Source: Rubripirellula sp.
GTDB lineage: Bacteria > Planctomycetota > Planctomycetia > Pirellulales > Pirellulaceae
Length of the DNA stretch: 64,000 bases
Assembly: GCA_965216875.1 (NCBI GenBank)
Contig: OZ244207.1
Span: 5,440,001-5,504,000 of the forward strand
Direction: 5' to 3'
The notes beneath the pieces are model-generated. The model was not told the DNA's origin and made no database searches. It saw only the letters and a list, made by a program, of their open reading frames with translations. Position numbers and translations under genes: made by a program. Shown here piece after piece: positions 9,488-19,571 of the stretch; within the stretch, counting starts at the first letter, position 1, and every line of letters starts with the position of its first letter.

Positions 9488-10102
9488 ATGAATGGCCTTC
9501 AGAACACCTATTACTTGTTGCGACATGGAACGAGTGTCGCGAATGAAGAAGGCTTGATTGTCAGCTCGCCGGAGGTTGGCACGCGACGATATGGACTCGC
9601 GGACATTGGGAGGCAGCAGGTCCGCCAATCTGTTGAGAACGCTGCCGATCGTCTCGGCGACGTGCACGCGGTCTACAGCTCCGATTTTCTGCGCACGAAG
9701 CAAACAGCGGAAATCGCCTGCGAAATCCTAGGCGTTCCGCTGACGACAACGCCAACACTGCGTGAGCGTTTCTTTGGCGAGTTGGACCTGCAGTCGAACG
9801 ACCACTACGCAAACGTCTGGCGCTACGATGCGGAGGACCCGTCACATGAACGATGGGGCGTCGAAAGTGTTGTCAGTGTCGCGGCGAGAATGGAGTCGGC
9901 GATCTCGGAGCTAGAAGACAAGTTCCGAGGAAAAACATTGCTCGTCGTTTCGCATGGCGATCCGCTGCAAATCCTTCTCACCCAACGGTCGGGACAATCG
10001 CTGACGAAGCACCGGGAGATCGAGCCGATTCAAACGGCGGAGATCCGAGAGTTGGGTGGTTTGGGAGGAAGGAACCACGAATCGAACGAATCACACGAAT
10101 AA
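9488..10102 (+). CDS. histidine phosphatase family protein
   Basis: LLRHG, YSSDFLRTKQTA, LRERFFG, LVVSHGD motifs. Confidence 0.92.
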   Translation: MNGLQNTYYLLRHGTSVANEEGLIVSSPEVGTRRYGLADIGRQQVRQSVENAADRLGDVHAVYSSDFLRTKQTAEIACEILGVPLTTTPTLRERFFGELDLQSNDHYANVWRYDAEDPSHERWGVESVVSVAARMESAISELEDKFRGKTLLVVSHGDPLQILLTQRSGQSLTKHREIEPIQTAEIRELGGLGGRNHESNESHE

Positions 10103-10196
10103 AGTGCTGGTGCGTTTTGAGTGGCTTTGGCGTTCGCGGCTACGGATTGGCAAATGTGCTTCCACCAGCAGCAATCCATGCCCAAGTTCACACAAA

Positions 10197-10377
10197 TGAG
10201 CCGCGATCGCGTAAGCGGCCGGACCTCACTGCCTACTCGCTAGCTGCGTCGGCAAGGGCCCGAGGCCTCACGGCCAGCGGCTCACGGGCACTGCGCAAAA
10301 AGTTGCTTTGGTGGCACCAAGGGAAGAGCCGCGGAGCGGCGAGAGCTGTGTTCCCACGGCGGACCGTGGGAACAAGG
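10197..10377. repeat. REP-like cluster
   Basis: GAGCCGCGATCGCGTAAGCGGCCGG, GCCCGAGGCCTCACGGCCAGCGGCTCAC and GTTCCCACGGCGGACCGTGGGAAC palindromes. Confidence 0.7.
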
Positions 10378-10392
10378 ATCGAACTTGAGTCG

Positions 10393-11361
10393 TTATGCGG
10401 TGGCTTCTTCGAGGAAGACGCCCATGCGGCGGAACTTTTCGTAGCGTTCGTCGATCAATTCGTCGGTCGACTTCGTTTCGAGATCGGACAACGTTCGCGA
10501 TAGGTACGTCTTGAGTCGCGTTGCCATTTGATGGTGGTCACGATGCGCGCCACCGAGTGGTTCCTCGAGCACATCGTCGACGACGCCAAGGCGTTCGAGA
10601 TGGTTGCTGGTGAACTTGAGCGCGGCGGCAGCCTTGGGTGCATGCTCATGACTCTTCCAGAGAATCCCGGCGCAACCTTCAGGACTGATGACGCTGTAAT
10701 AGGCGTGCTGCAACATCGCCACGCGGTCACCGACTCCGATACCCAGAGCGCCCCCCGAACCACCTTCGCCAATGACCACGCAGATCACTGGCGTGCGTAG
10801 CCGGCTCATCTTGAACATGCTCTCGGCGATCACTTGTGCCTGCCCGCGTTCTTCGGCACCGACACCGGGGTAGGCCCCAGGCGTGTCGATAAAGCAGATC
10901 AGCGGAAGGTTGTACTTTTCCGCCAGCCGCATCTTGGTCATCGCCTTGCGATAGCCTTCGGGGTGAGCACACCCGAAGTGACACGCTGCGCGTTCCTTGT
11001 AGGTGCGTCCTTTTTGGTGGCCAATCACCAAGACTTTGAAACGGTCAAGCTTGGCGAAACCTGACAACATGGCGCGGTCGTCACCAAAGTGCTTGTCGCC
11101 GTGCAGTTCGACAAATTCGTCGAATGCCAAATTCAAGTAGTCACGTGTGTAGGGACGATTCTTGTGCCGCGCAACTTGCACGGTTTGCCACGCATCGAGA
11201 GAACCGTAGGTCTCGCGCAGTTGCTTGACGAGGTTCAAACGGAGCTGACGAATCTCGGCTTCGATTTCATCGCTGCGTTCAGTCTGTCGTTCAAGTGTGG
11301 AAATTCGACTTTCGAGTTCGGCGATCTCGCTTTCGAACTCAAGTCCTGGGCCAGCGTTCAC
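10393..11361 (-). CDS. accA: acetyl-CoA carboxylase carboxyltransferase alpha subunit
   Basis: ARH..RP, ELHGD, PEGYRKA, FIDTPGAYPG, GEGGSGGALG, YSVISPEGCA. Confidence 0.98.
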   Translation of the reverse strand: MNAGPGLEFESEIAELESRISTLERQTERSDEIEAEIRQLRLNLVKQLRETYGSLDAWQTVQVARHKNRPYTRDYLNLAFDEFVELHGDKHFGDDRAMLSGFAKLDRFKVLVIGHQKGRTYKERAACHFGCAHPEGYRKAMTKMRLAEKYNLPLICFIDTPGAYPGVGAEERGQAQVIAESMFKMSRLRTPVICVVIGEGGSGGALGIGVGDRVAMLQHAYYSVISPEGCAGILWKSHEHAPKAAAALKFTSNHLERLGVVDDVLEEPLGGAHRDHHQMATRLKTYLSRTLSDLETKSTDELIDERYEKFRRMGVFLEEATA

Positions 11362-11386
11362 TTGTTAGGTACCTTTTGGTTTTGCT

Positions 11387-12337
11387 TTACGCGTCTTCTT
11401 CGTCGTCGGTCAGGTCGGAAGGTTGCCCCTTCCTCATCAAGTCTTCCGCACCCTTAATGCCAGGCATGTTTTCGAACACCGTGATCTTCGGTCGTCGTGG
11501 TCGTTTCTTGAAGATTTCCATACTGCGGAACTCCTTCAAGAACTCCCACATCGATGGTGGTCGATCTTCTGGCCTTTTCGACATCATCTTTTTGACAATA
11601 TCGGCGAACTCTTTAGTAACGTTGTCGTTGTGCACAATCGGACTTGGGATCGAGGCTGAAAGGTGCTTGTTCAACAAGTCATTAGGCGTGTCGCCGGTGT
11701 ACGGTGGGCGGCCGGTGCAAAGCTCGTACAGAACGCAACCGAAGGCGTAGACATCGGTCCGTTCGTCACAGACCTTTTTGCGAATCTGTTCGGGAGCCAT
11801 GTAGCTGCGTGTTCCCTTGGCAACCTTTGCGCTGTGGAACAATTTGCTGAGGCCAGTCTTTTTCTTTTCAGCGATCGTGAAGTCGATCAGCTTGACGGTT
11901 CCATCGCTGCCGACAAGGAAGTTATCAGGCTTGATATCGAGATGGATCCAATTCTTTGTGTGCAGGTAATACAAACCTTCGGCCGCCTGTTCGACAATCT
12001 TGTCAAGCATGAAGGCGAGCGACTCGGGACCGCGCCGCAAGGCTTGCTTCATGTTCAACTCGCTGAACAGTTCCAACACAAGGAATGGCACACCACCCTC
12101 TTCGCGATATTCGATCACTTTGATCACGCGAGGGCTGTTGAGAGTTTTAGCGACCGAGTATTCGTGCTTGAGAAGCGCGATTTCAGTTTTGTCACCCCGC
12201 ATATTCTGACGCAGAATCTTGAGCGCAAAACGATCCTGGGTGTGGTCTTCGATCGCTTCCCAGACTTCAGCGGTACTACCAAGCCGGATGAGGCGGGCCA
12301 AGCGATACGGCCCGAGAAAGTCACGAGATTTGGACAT
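11387..12337 (-). CDS. Hanks-type Ser/Thr protein kinase
   Basis: ALK, HLDIKPDN, GTRSYMAPEQ, DVYAFG. Start set at MSKSRDF (12337); ORF open to 12520. Confidence 0.92.
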   Translation of the reverse strand: MSKSRDFLGPYRLARLIRLGSTAEVWEAIEDHTQDRFALKILRQNMRGDKTEIALLKHEYSVAKTLNSPRVIKVIEYREEGGVPFLVLELFSELNMKQALRRGPESLAFMLDKIVEQAAEGLYYLHTKNWIHLDIKPDNFLVGSDGTVKLIDFTIAEKKKTGLSKLFHSAKVAKGTRSYMAPEQIRKKVCDERTDVYAFGCVLYELCTGRPPYTGDTPNDLLNKHLSASIPSPIVHNDNVTKEFADIVKKMMSKRPEDRPPSMWEFLKEFRSMEIFKKRPRRPKITVFENMPGIKGAEDLMRKGQPSDLTDDEEDA

Positions 12338-12494
12338 AGAAGAGAAGTCGTTGGGTGCGATCCGATGTTCTGGTTGGGGTCCTTTATGATAATTCAAGAA
12401 GCCTTGAGGCCGGAAGGTCACACGACACGCCCAAAAATACGGAAGTTCCGCCGCCATCCCGTTTTCCGAGCGACGCGGAGGGCCCCGTTGCGGG

Positions 12495-13655
12495 CTATTC
12501 TTCCCCCAAAACCTCGCCATAAAGTTCTCGAATCAGCCGTGTCATCGTCTGATGCCGAAACTGGTCGGTGAACCGCTTCTGCCCTGCCCTGCCTCGATCG
12601 AGACGGAGCTGGGGGTCGGCGACCAGCGAGGCGATCGCGTCGGCAAGTTTTGACGTATCACCAGGCGGAACCAGAAAGCCAGTTTCGCCCGTAATCGCCA
12701 CCTCACGAGCTCCGTCCACGTCGTAGCTGACCACCGGCCGGCCCGCAATCAAGGCCTGTGGCAGGGCTCTGGCCAAGCCCTCGCGATAGGAGGTGTGAAC
12801 CAGTGCGTCCATTGCGCCGATCATCGCTGGGACTTCGCTTGGCGGCACGAGGCCACTGAAGATGAAATGCTCGGAAAGACCGAGCGATTCAATGCGTGCG
12901 GTCAATTCCTCTCGCAAGATTCCGTCGCCAACGAGCAAGAATCGAACGTTGGGATGTCGGCGTGCCACTTCAACCGCGGCGGTGATCAGATCATCGTGGC
13001 CTTTGAGGTGAAACAGGCGTGCAATCTTTCCAACCACAACGTGCTCGTCGCTAAGCCCGAATTGAGCACGTACGCGCTCGCGATGTTCATCGGCGGCCGC
13101 AAAGGGCTCGACCTTCATCCCACTGTAGATCGTTTTGAACTTGTCGCGTGGTGCAACGCCGGCATCGACCATGAGATCGGTCATCGCATCGGCCACACAG
13201 ATCATCCGGTGACAACGACGCGCGGCCCAGCGTTCACAGCGTCGAAAGAATTCGCGAGCGAGTCTGTTTTGGTAGGGATGAAAAGGGGCACCGTGCACCG
13301 AGTGGATCACGGCAGGGACTTTTTGCGACCAACCGACAGCGCGACCAAGCAAACCGCCCTTGGCACTGTGGGTGTGAACGACGTCGGGCTTGAAATCAGC
13401 AATCGCCGCGTGCAATTGACGCCACGCAGCATAGTCTCGGGTGGGATGAATGGCGCGGCGCAGATCGGGCAAGACCTTGACCGGCAACTCCCCTGCCCTG
13501 CCCTGGCTCAATAGATCGCCCTCGGGCCCCAATGCCGGCCCCGTGATCAACAACACATCGTCGTCATAGTCTCGAATCAGATCGAGGCAATTCAGCAGGG
13601 TGTTTTCTTGGGCACCGCCGATGATCATTCGGGTGATGACGTGAGCGACGCGCAA
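12495..13655 (-). CDS. glycosyltransferase family 4
   Basis: IGGAQ, VHTHSAKGG, ARL..LKG, EGLARALPQA, DVDGARE. Confidence 0.93.
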   Translation of the reverse strand: MRVAHVITRMIIGGAQENTLLNCLDLIRDYDDDVLLITGPALGPEGDLLSQGRAGELPVKVLPDLRRAIHPTRDYAAWRQLHAAIADFKPDVVHTHSAKGGLLGRAVGWSQKVPAVIHSVHGAPFHPYQNRLAREFFRRCERWAARRCHRMICVADAMTDLMVDAGVAPRDKFKTIYSGMKVEPFAAADEHRERVRAQFGLSDEHVVVGKIARLFHLKGHDDLITAAVEVARRHPNVRFLLVGDGILREELTARIESLGLSEHFIFSGLVPPSEVPAMIGAMDALVHTSYREGLARALPQALIAGRPVVSYDVDGAREVAITGETGFLVPPGDTSKLADAIASLVADPQLRLDRGRAGQKRFTDQFRHQTMTRLIRELYGEVLGEE

Positions 13656-13745
13656 GGAAGGTTCCTGGTGTGAGGTTTCTGGGAGGCGAATGGTTCGAAG
13701 GGGTTGCTACGCAGCACATGGCAACTGTGTTCGTTTTGACATGCA

Positions 13746-13819
13746 GTGAGCCGCCTGAGCAACGCTTTGTGCAACTCGGGCAGTGCCACTGAGCCGCTGG
13801 CCGTGAGGTCTCGGGCCCT
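13746..13819 (+). repeat. REP-like element GAGCCGCTGGCCGTGAGG family
   Basis: 13791-13819 is related to the reverse copies at 10258-10285 and 43317-43344. Confidence 0.55.
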
Positions 13820-13915
13820 TGCCCCGGAAAGGGTTTGTTTTGAGGAAGCATTCCCTCCCCGGACTTCGCATCCGACCGTCCCGCAATCGGGAAGGTGCTT
13901 GTTGTTAAACGAGCA

Positions 13916-13948
13916 AGCGGCATCCCCCACTGAAAGGGAATGCCGCTG
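13916..13948 (-). terminator. hairpin downstream of fliA, possible terminator
   Basis: AGCGGCAT(C)CCC...GGG(A)ATGCCGCT inverted repeat ~35 bp after the stop; U-tract is weak. Confidence 0.4.
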
Positions 13949-13980
13949 GCGAAGTTTTTCTACGATGGGTTGTCGGCCAA

Positions 13981-14778
13981 TCAGGTGCCGAACTCGATCC
14001 GTCGGCGGCCGAGTTGCTGCTGCAATCGGTTAACGATCGAGGTGTGCATTTGGCTGACGCGAGATTCGGAAAGGTCGAGCGTTGCGCCGATTTCCTTCAT
14101 CGTCAGTTCTTCGTAGTAGTACAAGATGATGATCAGACGCTCGTTACGATTGAGGCCTTTGGTGACCAATCGCATCAGGTCATTCTTTTGAACACGACGT
14201 GTCGGGTCTTCGCCCTTTTTGTCTTCAAGGATGTCGATTTCACGAACATCTTTGTAGCTGTCGGTTTCGTACCACTTTTTGTTCAGCGAAACGACGCCAA
14301 CGGCATTGGCATCACTTTGCATTTTCTCGACTTCCTTGACGGGAAGTTCCATGTGATCGGCAAGCTCTTGGACGCTGGGAGCACGCCCGTGTTTGGTTTC
14401 GAGAGCTTTACGGGCCACAGCAAGCTTGCTGGCTTTGCTTCGCACCAAGCGTGGAACCCAGTCCATCGTACGAAGTTCGTCGAGCATCGCCCCACGAATA
14501 CGAGGCACGCAATAGGTTTCGAACTTAACACCACGATCCATGTCGAACGCATCGATCGCATCCATCAGTCCAAAGATGCCAGCGCTGATCAGGTCGTCAA
14601 GTTCGACGCCGTCGGGCAGACGCTGCCAAATGCGTTCGCCGTTATAGCGAACCAGCGGCATGTACCGCTCGACCAATCGGTTACGCAAGTCTTCGTAATC
14701 GGGCGCGTCTTTGTTGATCGTCTTGAACGTTGCCCAGACTTGCAGGATTTCGTCGTCGGCTGTGGCTGTCGCTGCCAT
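13981..14778 (-). CDS. fliA: FliA/WhiG family RNA polymerase sigma factor
   Basis: DDLISAG..GL.DAI..FD..RGVKFETY, RIRGAMLDELR..DWVPR, LSESRVSQ; GGAGGA RBS before the ATG at 14778. Confidence 0.95.
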   Translation of the reverse strand: MAATATADDEILQVWATFKTINKDAPDYEDLRNRLVERYMPLVRYNGERIWQRLPDGVELDDLISAGIFGLMDAIDAFDMDRGVKFETYCVPRIRGAMLDELRTMDWVPRLVRSKASKLAVARKALETKHGRAPSVQELADHMELPVKEVEKMQSDANAVGVVSLNKKWYETDSYKDVREIDILEDKKGEDPTRRVQKNDLMRLVTKGLNRNERLIIILYYYEELTMKEIGATLDLSESRVSQMHTSIVNRLQQQLGRRRIEFGT

Positions 14779-14896
14779 CCAATCCTCCATGATGGTTACA
14801 AACCCATGCCACATCCTGTAGCACGGTTTTCGACTCGTGTTGAATTCATCCTGAATTCGCAGCGAGCCGGATTACTTCGATGTCAATAATGTTCGT

Positions 14897-15172
14897 TTAG
14901 TCTTCTGTCGAAGGCTTTTGTTCTTCGACGTATCCGCTATCGAGCAGGCCCTTTCGGTACCAATCTACGCGGCGTCGAAACAAGTCCTCTAATGAATCAC
15001 GGACCAAATAATCTGCAATCCAACCTGCTACTGCACCGATCCCCGCGAAGATTACCATCGCGACGATCGCATCCATTGCTACCTCGCCAGCAATTCCACC
15101 GTCGATGGCGCCACGCAGGACAACCAGTCCCATGGCGAGCGCTCCAAGCGATGCGGCAAAGCTGCGTGACAA
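14897..15172 (-). CDS. small two-helix membrane protein
   Basis: 91 aa with two hydrophobic segments, between flhF and fliA. Confidence 0.75.
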   Translation of the reverse strand: MSRSFAASLGALAMGLVVLRGAIDGGIAGEVAMDAIVAMVIFAGIGAVAGWIADYLVRDSLEDLFRRRVDWYRKGLLDSGYVEEQKPSTED

Positions 15173-15333
15173 CGGTTCGAATGTCCAGTGAAGGCCAAGA
15201 GTTCTTTGTTTCCTAAACTTGACAGACCGCTATCACAAATTTTCGCTCAAGTCGATTTTTGTAATCGCGTTCTGTCTCAGTATCTGTATCGGACGCCATG
15301 CCCTTTGGCATGAGTCAAAATTTTTGTTGTTTC

Positions 15334-16461
15334 TTAAGCCGCTTCGATTTGTGGCATCACTGCGCGGGCTGGCAAGAGCCGGGAAAGCAACCAATCGCTA
15401 TCTGCAATCGCAATGTCGTCGGGCACTTGTTGCCCATTGGTCATGTAGCTCAGCGGAATCCCAGGTGAATCGTCCGACGCGACCAGAGACGACAAGACGC
15501 CTGCGGTGATCGGAGCTTCGTCCAGTTTCGTCAGGATCGCGGCGGTCGGCCGTACCGGTGCAAATCCCTTGATGACCGATTGGACGGTCGACGCCGAACT
15601 GGTGGCACTCAGTACCAAGTGTGTTTCATCAGGCTGGGCCGTTCGCAACAACTCGACAAGCTGGTCGATTCTCGCGTCACTACGAGGGCTACGCCCGGCC
15701 GTATCGATCAAGACGAGGTCAACGTCGCCCAGTCGTTCCAAGGCAGCGTGCATTTGATCGGGACGCTCGACGACCTCCATCGGCAGGTCCATGATCTCGG
15801 CATAGGCTTTGAGCTGCTGAACGGCCGCGATCCGGAAGGTATCGATCGTGACCAATCCGACACGACGTCGTGCTTCGATTCGGAAACCGGCGGCGAGTTT
15901 TGCGACCGTGGTTGTTTTGCCGACGCCGGTTGGCCCCACCAGTGCCACAACGTGACGGTCACCGGGCTGAGTGCGAATCGCACCGCCAATTCGCATTTCG
16001 CGGGCGACCGATCGTTTGAGGTGTTCGGACCAATCATTGCCGATCGGGTCGCCAAGGCTGACCGCAAAACTTGCGGTCGCTTCGAGCCATCTCGACACCG
16101 TTGGTGTCGGCACGCCGGCTTCGATGAGCGCGTCGCGGTACCACAGTAGTTGCGGTGGCAATCCGTGTTGCGGAGTATTGGCTTCTTGCGAAAACACTTG
16201 CCCTGTGGGGCCGGTTTGACCGGCAACCACTCTTGAATCGGTGTCGCGCGGTGTTGGCCCCGATTCCAATCGAACCGACGGCGGATCATCCGCAAAATCG
16301 CGGAGCCCCGCGGTGACCTCGACGTAGGTGCGACCCAACCATCCCATCCATCCATCACGAACTTGACGGGTGTGCAAGACCGAAGCCTCGGGACCCATCT
16401 GATTGCGGATCTCTTCCAAGGCGTCTTGCAGGCTGGCGGCTCGAAAGGTGCGAATATGCAT
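15334..16461 (-). CDS. flhF: flagellar biosynthesis SRP-like GTPase FlhF
   Basis: M.IRTF.A.S...AL..I...MG.EA N-terminus, GPTGVGKTT, DTFRIAA..QL, DTAGR, TKLDE, GQQVPDD. Confidence 0.95.
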   Translation of the reverse strand: MHIRTFRAASLQDALEEIRNQMGPEASVLHTRQVRDGWMGWLGRTYVEVTAGLRDFADDPPSVRLESGPTPRDTDSRVVAGQTGPTGQVFSQEANTPQHGLPPQLLWYRDALIEAGVPTPTVSRWLEATASFAVSLGDPIGNDWSEHLKRSVAREMRIGGAIRTQPGDRHVVALVGPTGVGKTTTVAKLAAGFRIEARRRVGLVTIDTFRIAAVQQLKAYAEIMDLPMEVVERPDQMHAALERLGDVDLVLIDTAGRSPRSDARIDQLVELLRTAQPDETHLVLSATSSASTVQSVIKGFAPVRPTAAILTKLDEAPITAGVLSSLVASDDSPGIPLSYMTNGQQVPDDIAIADSDWLLSRLLPARAVMPQIEAA

Positions 16462-16516
16462 GAATGAAACGTTGGTTGAACAGGTTAGCTTGCCGTCTGG
16501 CAACATGGACCATCAC

Positions 16517-18598
16517 CTACTGATCGGTGATGGCTCCGTGTGATTCGATCTTCGTGTCTTGGGTAATCTCGTTGTAGGACAACACTCGCAGTCGCGGCAT
16601 GCTGGTTGCCGTGATCTGACGCAGACCCGGTCGTATCCTTGGGCTGACCAAAATGACCGGTGGATGGCCTGCTGTGATTAGCTTCTTAACGCCTTCTTGA
16701 ATTTTCTCGCAAGTGAGGTCTACGGCTTGCGGGCTCATTCGGACAAAAAGTCCTCTTTCGGTATGCTCGATCCCCGCTGCAATGCGGTCTTCCATGCCCG
16801 GATCGAGTGCCATCACATGGAGTCGGCCTTGGGCATCGCGATATCGCGTACTGATTGTGCGGGCCAAACGATGCCGTACGTATTCCGATAACCAAACCGG
16901 ATCCTTTGTCCGCGTGGCAAAGTCGCCGAGTGTTTCGAGGATGATCCCAAGCTGGCGAATCGGCACGTCCTCTCGCAGCAACATGTGCAAGACCTGTTGA
17001 ACATCGCTGATCTTCATCACACCTGGAATCAGCTCATCAACGACCGCTGGAGCCGCTTCTTTGAGTTCGTCGACGAGGTGTTTGGTCGCGTCACGCGAAA
17101 GCAGCTCGTCGGCGTGGCGTTTGGAGATTTCTTGCAGGTGCGTTGCGAGAACGGCGCCGGGTTCAACCACGGTGTAGCCGTAGATAGCGGCTTGTTCGCG
17201 ACGGATTTGATCGATCCAGACTGCCGGTTCGCCAAACGTTGGATCACGCGTCGGTTCGCCTTCGATCACGCCCGTGGTTTGTCCACTGTCGATCGCGAGC
17301 AACTTATCAGGCAACACTGTGGCACGTGCGATCGGATTACCTGCGATCCGAATTTCATATTCAAAGTCGCCGAGGCTCATTTCGTCGCGGACACGAACTT
17401 TGGGCAGCACGATGCCGATGTCGGTTGCGATGGCGTTTCGAACCCCTGTGATGCGTTGCATCAGGTCGCCACCACGCGATGGATCGGCAAGGCTAAGCAA
17501 ACCGAGGCCAATCGACATTTCCATCGGGTCGATTGTCAAAAAGTCTTCGACCCGCTTTTCGGGCGGTGCGGCTGCGGCTGCTCGTTCGGCCTCGGCCCGT
17601 TCGGCCTCCTGTTGATCGTTCCGAGCGCTTTGGCGGTTCATCACAACGGCCAAACCGATGCATCCTGCGCCCAAAGTAGCCATGGGCACTGCGGGCAAGT
17701 TGGTCACGATCAAGAGCGTCAAAAAGGCACCGGCAACACCCAACGCTTTGGAATTACCGAGCAACTGCTGCAAGAACTGAACCGGCAGGTTTGCTGATTG
17801 AGCGCTTCGCGTGACCAACAAGCCCGCGGCAAGCGAGATCAACAACGCGGGGACTTGCGAGACCAAGCCGTCGCCAATGGTGAGTTTTGTGAAAAGTGCA
17901 CCAGCTTCAGAGATGGTCATCCCTGATTGCACGCCGATAAAGAGGCCACCGATCACATTGACAATCGTGATCACGATGCCGGCAATCGCATCCCCGCGCA
18001 CAAACTTGCTGGCACCATCCATCGCCCCGTAAAAGTCAGCTTGTGAACTGATTTCTTCGCGGCGTGACTGTGCTTCTTTTTCGTCAATCAATCCTGCGTT
18101 CAGGTCGGCATCGATCGCCATCTGGCGACCAGGCATTCCGTCCAACGCAAAACGTGCAGCAACTTCACTGATTCGAGTTGCACCTTTAGTGATCACGATG
18201 AACTGAATCAGAACGATGATCACAAAGATGATCAGTCCGACTTCGATCCGGTCGCCAGCGACAAATTCACCGAAACTTTGAATCACACCTCCGGCCGCAC
18301 CCATGCCACGATCTTCGGCGCCGGTCAAAATCAACCTGGTCGTGGCGACGTTCAACACCAAACGAGCCAGAGTGGTTGCCAATAGCAACGATGGAAAGAT
18401 GCTGAATTCGAGCGGTGTTGCGACGTAAACCGTCGTCAACAAGACAATCACACCGATGGTGATGTTGCCAGCCAGCAACAAGTCCATCAGCACGGGCGGA
18501 AGTGGCACGAGGATGACTACCAGACATCCAATGATCCCGATCGGGAGGATCAAATCTCGGTAGCGCATCAATAACTGCATCTGCGATCCTTCGCCCAT
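16517..18598 (-). CDS. flhA: flagellar export protein FlhA
   Basis: FSIFPSLLL, EVAARFALDGMPGRQMAIDADL, FYGAMDGASKFVRGDA, LTIGDGLVSQVP. Confidence 0.98.
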   Translation of the reverse strand: MGEGSQMQLLMRYRDLILPIGIIGCLVVILVPLPPVLMDLLLAGNITIGVIVLLTTVYVATPLEFSIFPSLLLATTLARLVLNVATTRLILTGAEDRGMGAAGGVIQSFGEFVAGDRIEVGLIIFVIIVLIQFIVITKGATRISEVAARFALDGMPGRQMAIDADLNAGLIDEKEAQSRREEISSQADFYGAMDGASKFVRGDAIAGIVITIVNVIGGLFIGVQSGMTISEAGALFTKLTIGDGLVSQVPALLISLAAGLLVTRSAQSANLPVQFLQQLLGNSKALGVAGAFLTLLIVTNLPAVPMATLGAGCIGLAVVMNRQSARNDQQEAERAEAERAAAAAPPEKRVEDFLTIDPMEMSIGLGLLSLADPSRGGDLMQRITGVRNAIATDIGIVLPKVRVRDEMSLGDFEYEIRIAGNPIARATVLPDKLLAIDSGQTTGVIEGEPTRDPTFGEPAVWIDQIRREQAAIYGYTVVEPGAVLATHLQEISKRHADELLSRDATKHLVDELKEAAPAVVDELIPGVMKISDVQQVLHMLLREDVPIRQLGIILETLGDFATRTKDPVWLSEYVRHRLARTISTRYRDAQGRLHVMALDPGMEDRIAAGIEHTERGLFVRMSPQAVDLTCEKIQEGVKKLITAGHPPVILVSPRIRPGLRQITATSMPRLRVLSYNEITQDTKIESHGAITDQ

Positions 18599-18767
18599 GC
18601 GTTTTCACCAATTCCCGAACCCAATTGCGAGAATGCGCAGAGGGTTGGCCGCCGAAGTCCATTCCGGGGGACCGGACCGTACCTAAATTCGCCGGCGCGG
18701 GTCTAGAGTAAGAGCCAAGATTTCGCAGTTTCACGCGTCGAGTTTCACAACGCTGCCGCTCTGGCTG

Positions 18768-19361
18768 CTATCGCGGCAAATTCCGCACGAGGCGACGGCG
18801 GTTCTCGAGATGATGCGATAACCGCTCACGCAGCGTTTTTGCATCGGGAATCTGATTCGAACGAAGATGCACCACGGCAAGTTTTGCCGCGACCAATGAT
18901 CGCTGCAGCACTCGGTCGCGAGGCTCGTAGGACTGGGTTTCCTCGCACCACCAATCAATTTGCACGGCGAGCAGGGGCTCAAAGTTGCTCCGATCGCAAA
19001 CCAGAAAATCAATGGACTTGCGATCGATTCGAACCGCTTCGTTCATTTGCTTGGCACCGTCAACGATGCTCAAGACGTCCGTCGCGCGTGTTTTGGGACA
19101 GACGATGGCCAAGTCCCACAGCGCGTCCTGCAAGACGTGAAAGAACTCCTGCTCGTCAGCATTCAACAACTGATCACGAAGAACAAACGCACTCTCGTCC
19201 TTCAAGTCGGGCAGCGATTCCCTTGGAATCGGTGCAGGAGGCTGGCTGGCACCAAAGAGCTTGGACGCCGCCTTCATCCATCGAATGCGTGTATCCCGTA
19301 TCATCGAACAGCTCGCGAATTGAAACCTGTGCGTTTCGCGAATAAGGAAAAGAACCATCAC
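18768..19361 (-). CDS. DUF2726-like protein
   Basis: LLN..E..FF..L, K.R..DVL, K.IDFLVCD....P...V.ID pattern; start uncertain. Confidence 0.65.
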   Translation of the reverse strand: MMVLFLIRETHRFQFASCSMIRDTRIRWMKAASKLFGASQPPAPIPRESLPDLKDESAFVLRDQLLNADEQEFFHVLQDALWDLAIVCPKTRATDVLSIVDGAKQMNEAVRIDRKSIDFLVCDRSNFEPLLAVQIDWWCEETQSYEPRDRVLQRSLVAAKLAVVHLRSNQIPDAKTLRERLSHHLENRRRLVRNLPR

Positions 19362-19571
19362 GGACGGCGCTGCTTTGGGTTAGACACCGTTGCCTCGAAC
19401 GTGTCTCACAAAACCTCTCTGCACTCGCTTCCGTGTAGCCTTTTCCAAGGCTACCTGACCTGGACCGGCAAAGGCAGCCCTTCCCCACCATGGAGTGGAC
19501 GTGATTATCTCGCACTCAACCCGGTTTTGACAATCGCTTTGTGATGAATCCGCGGGATGAAACTTGCGAAT

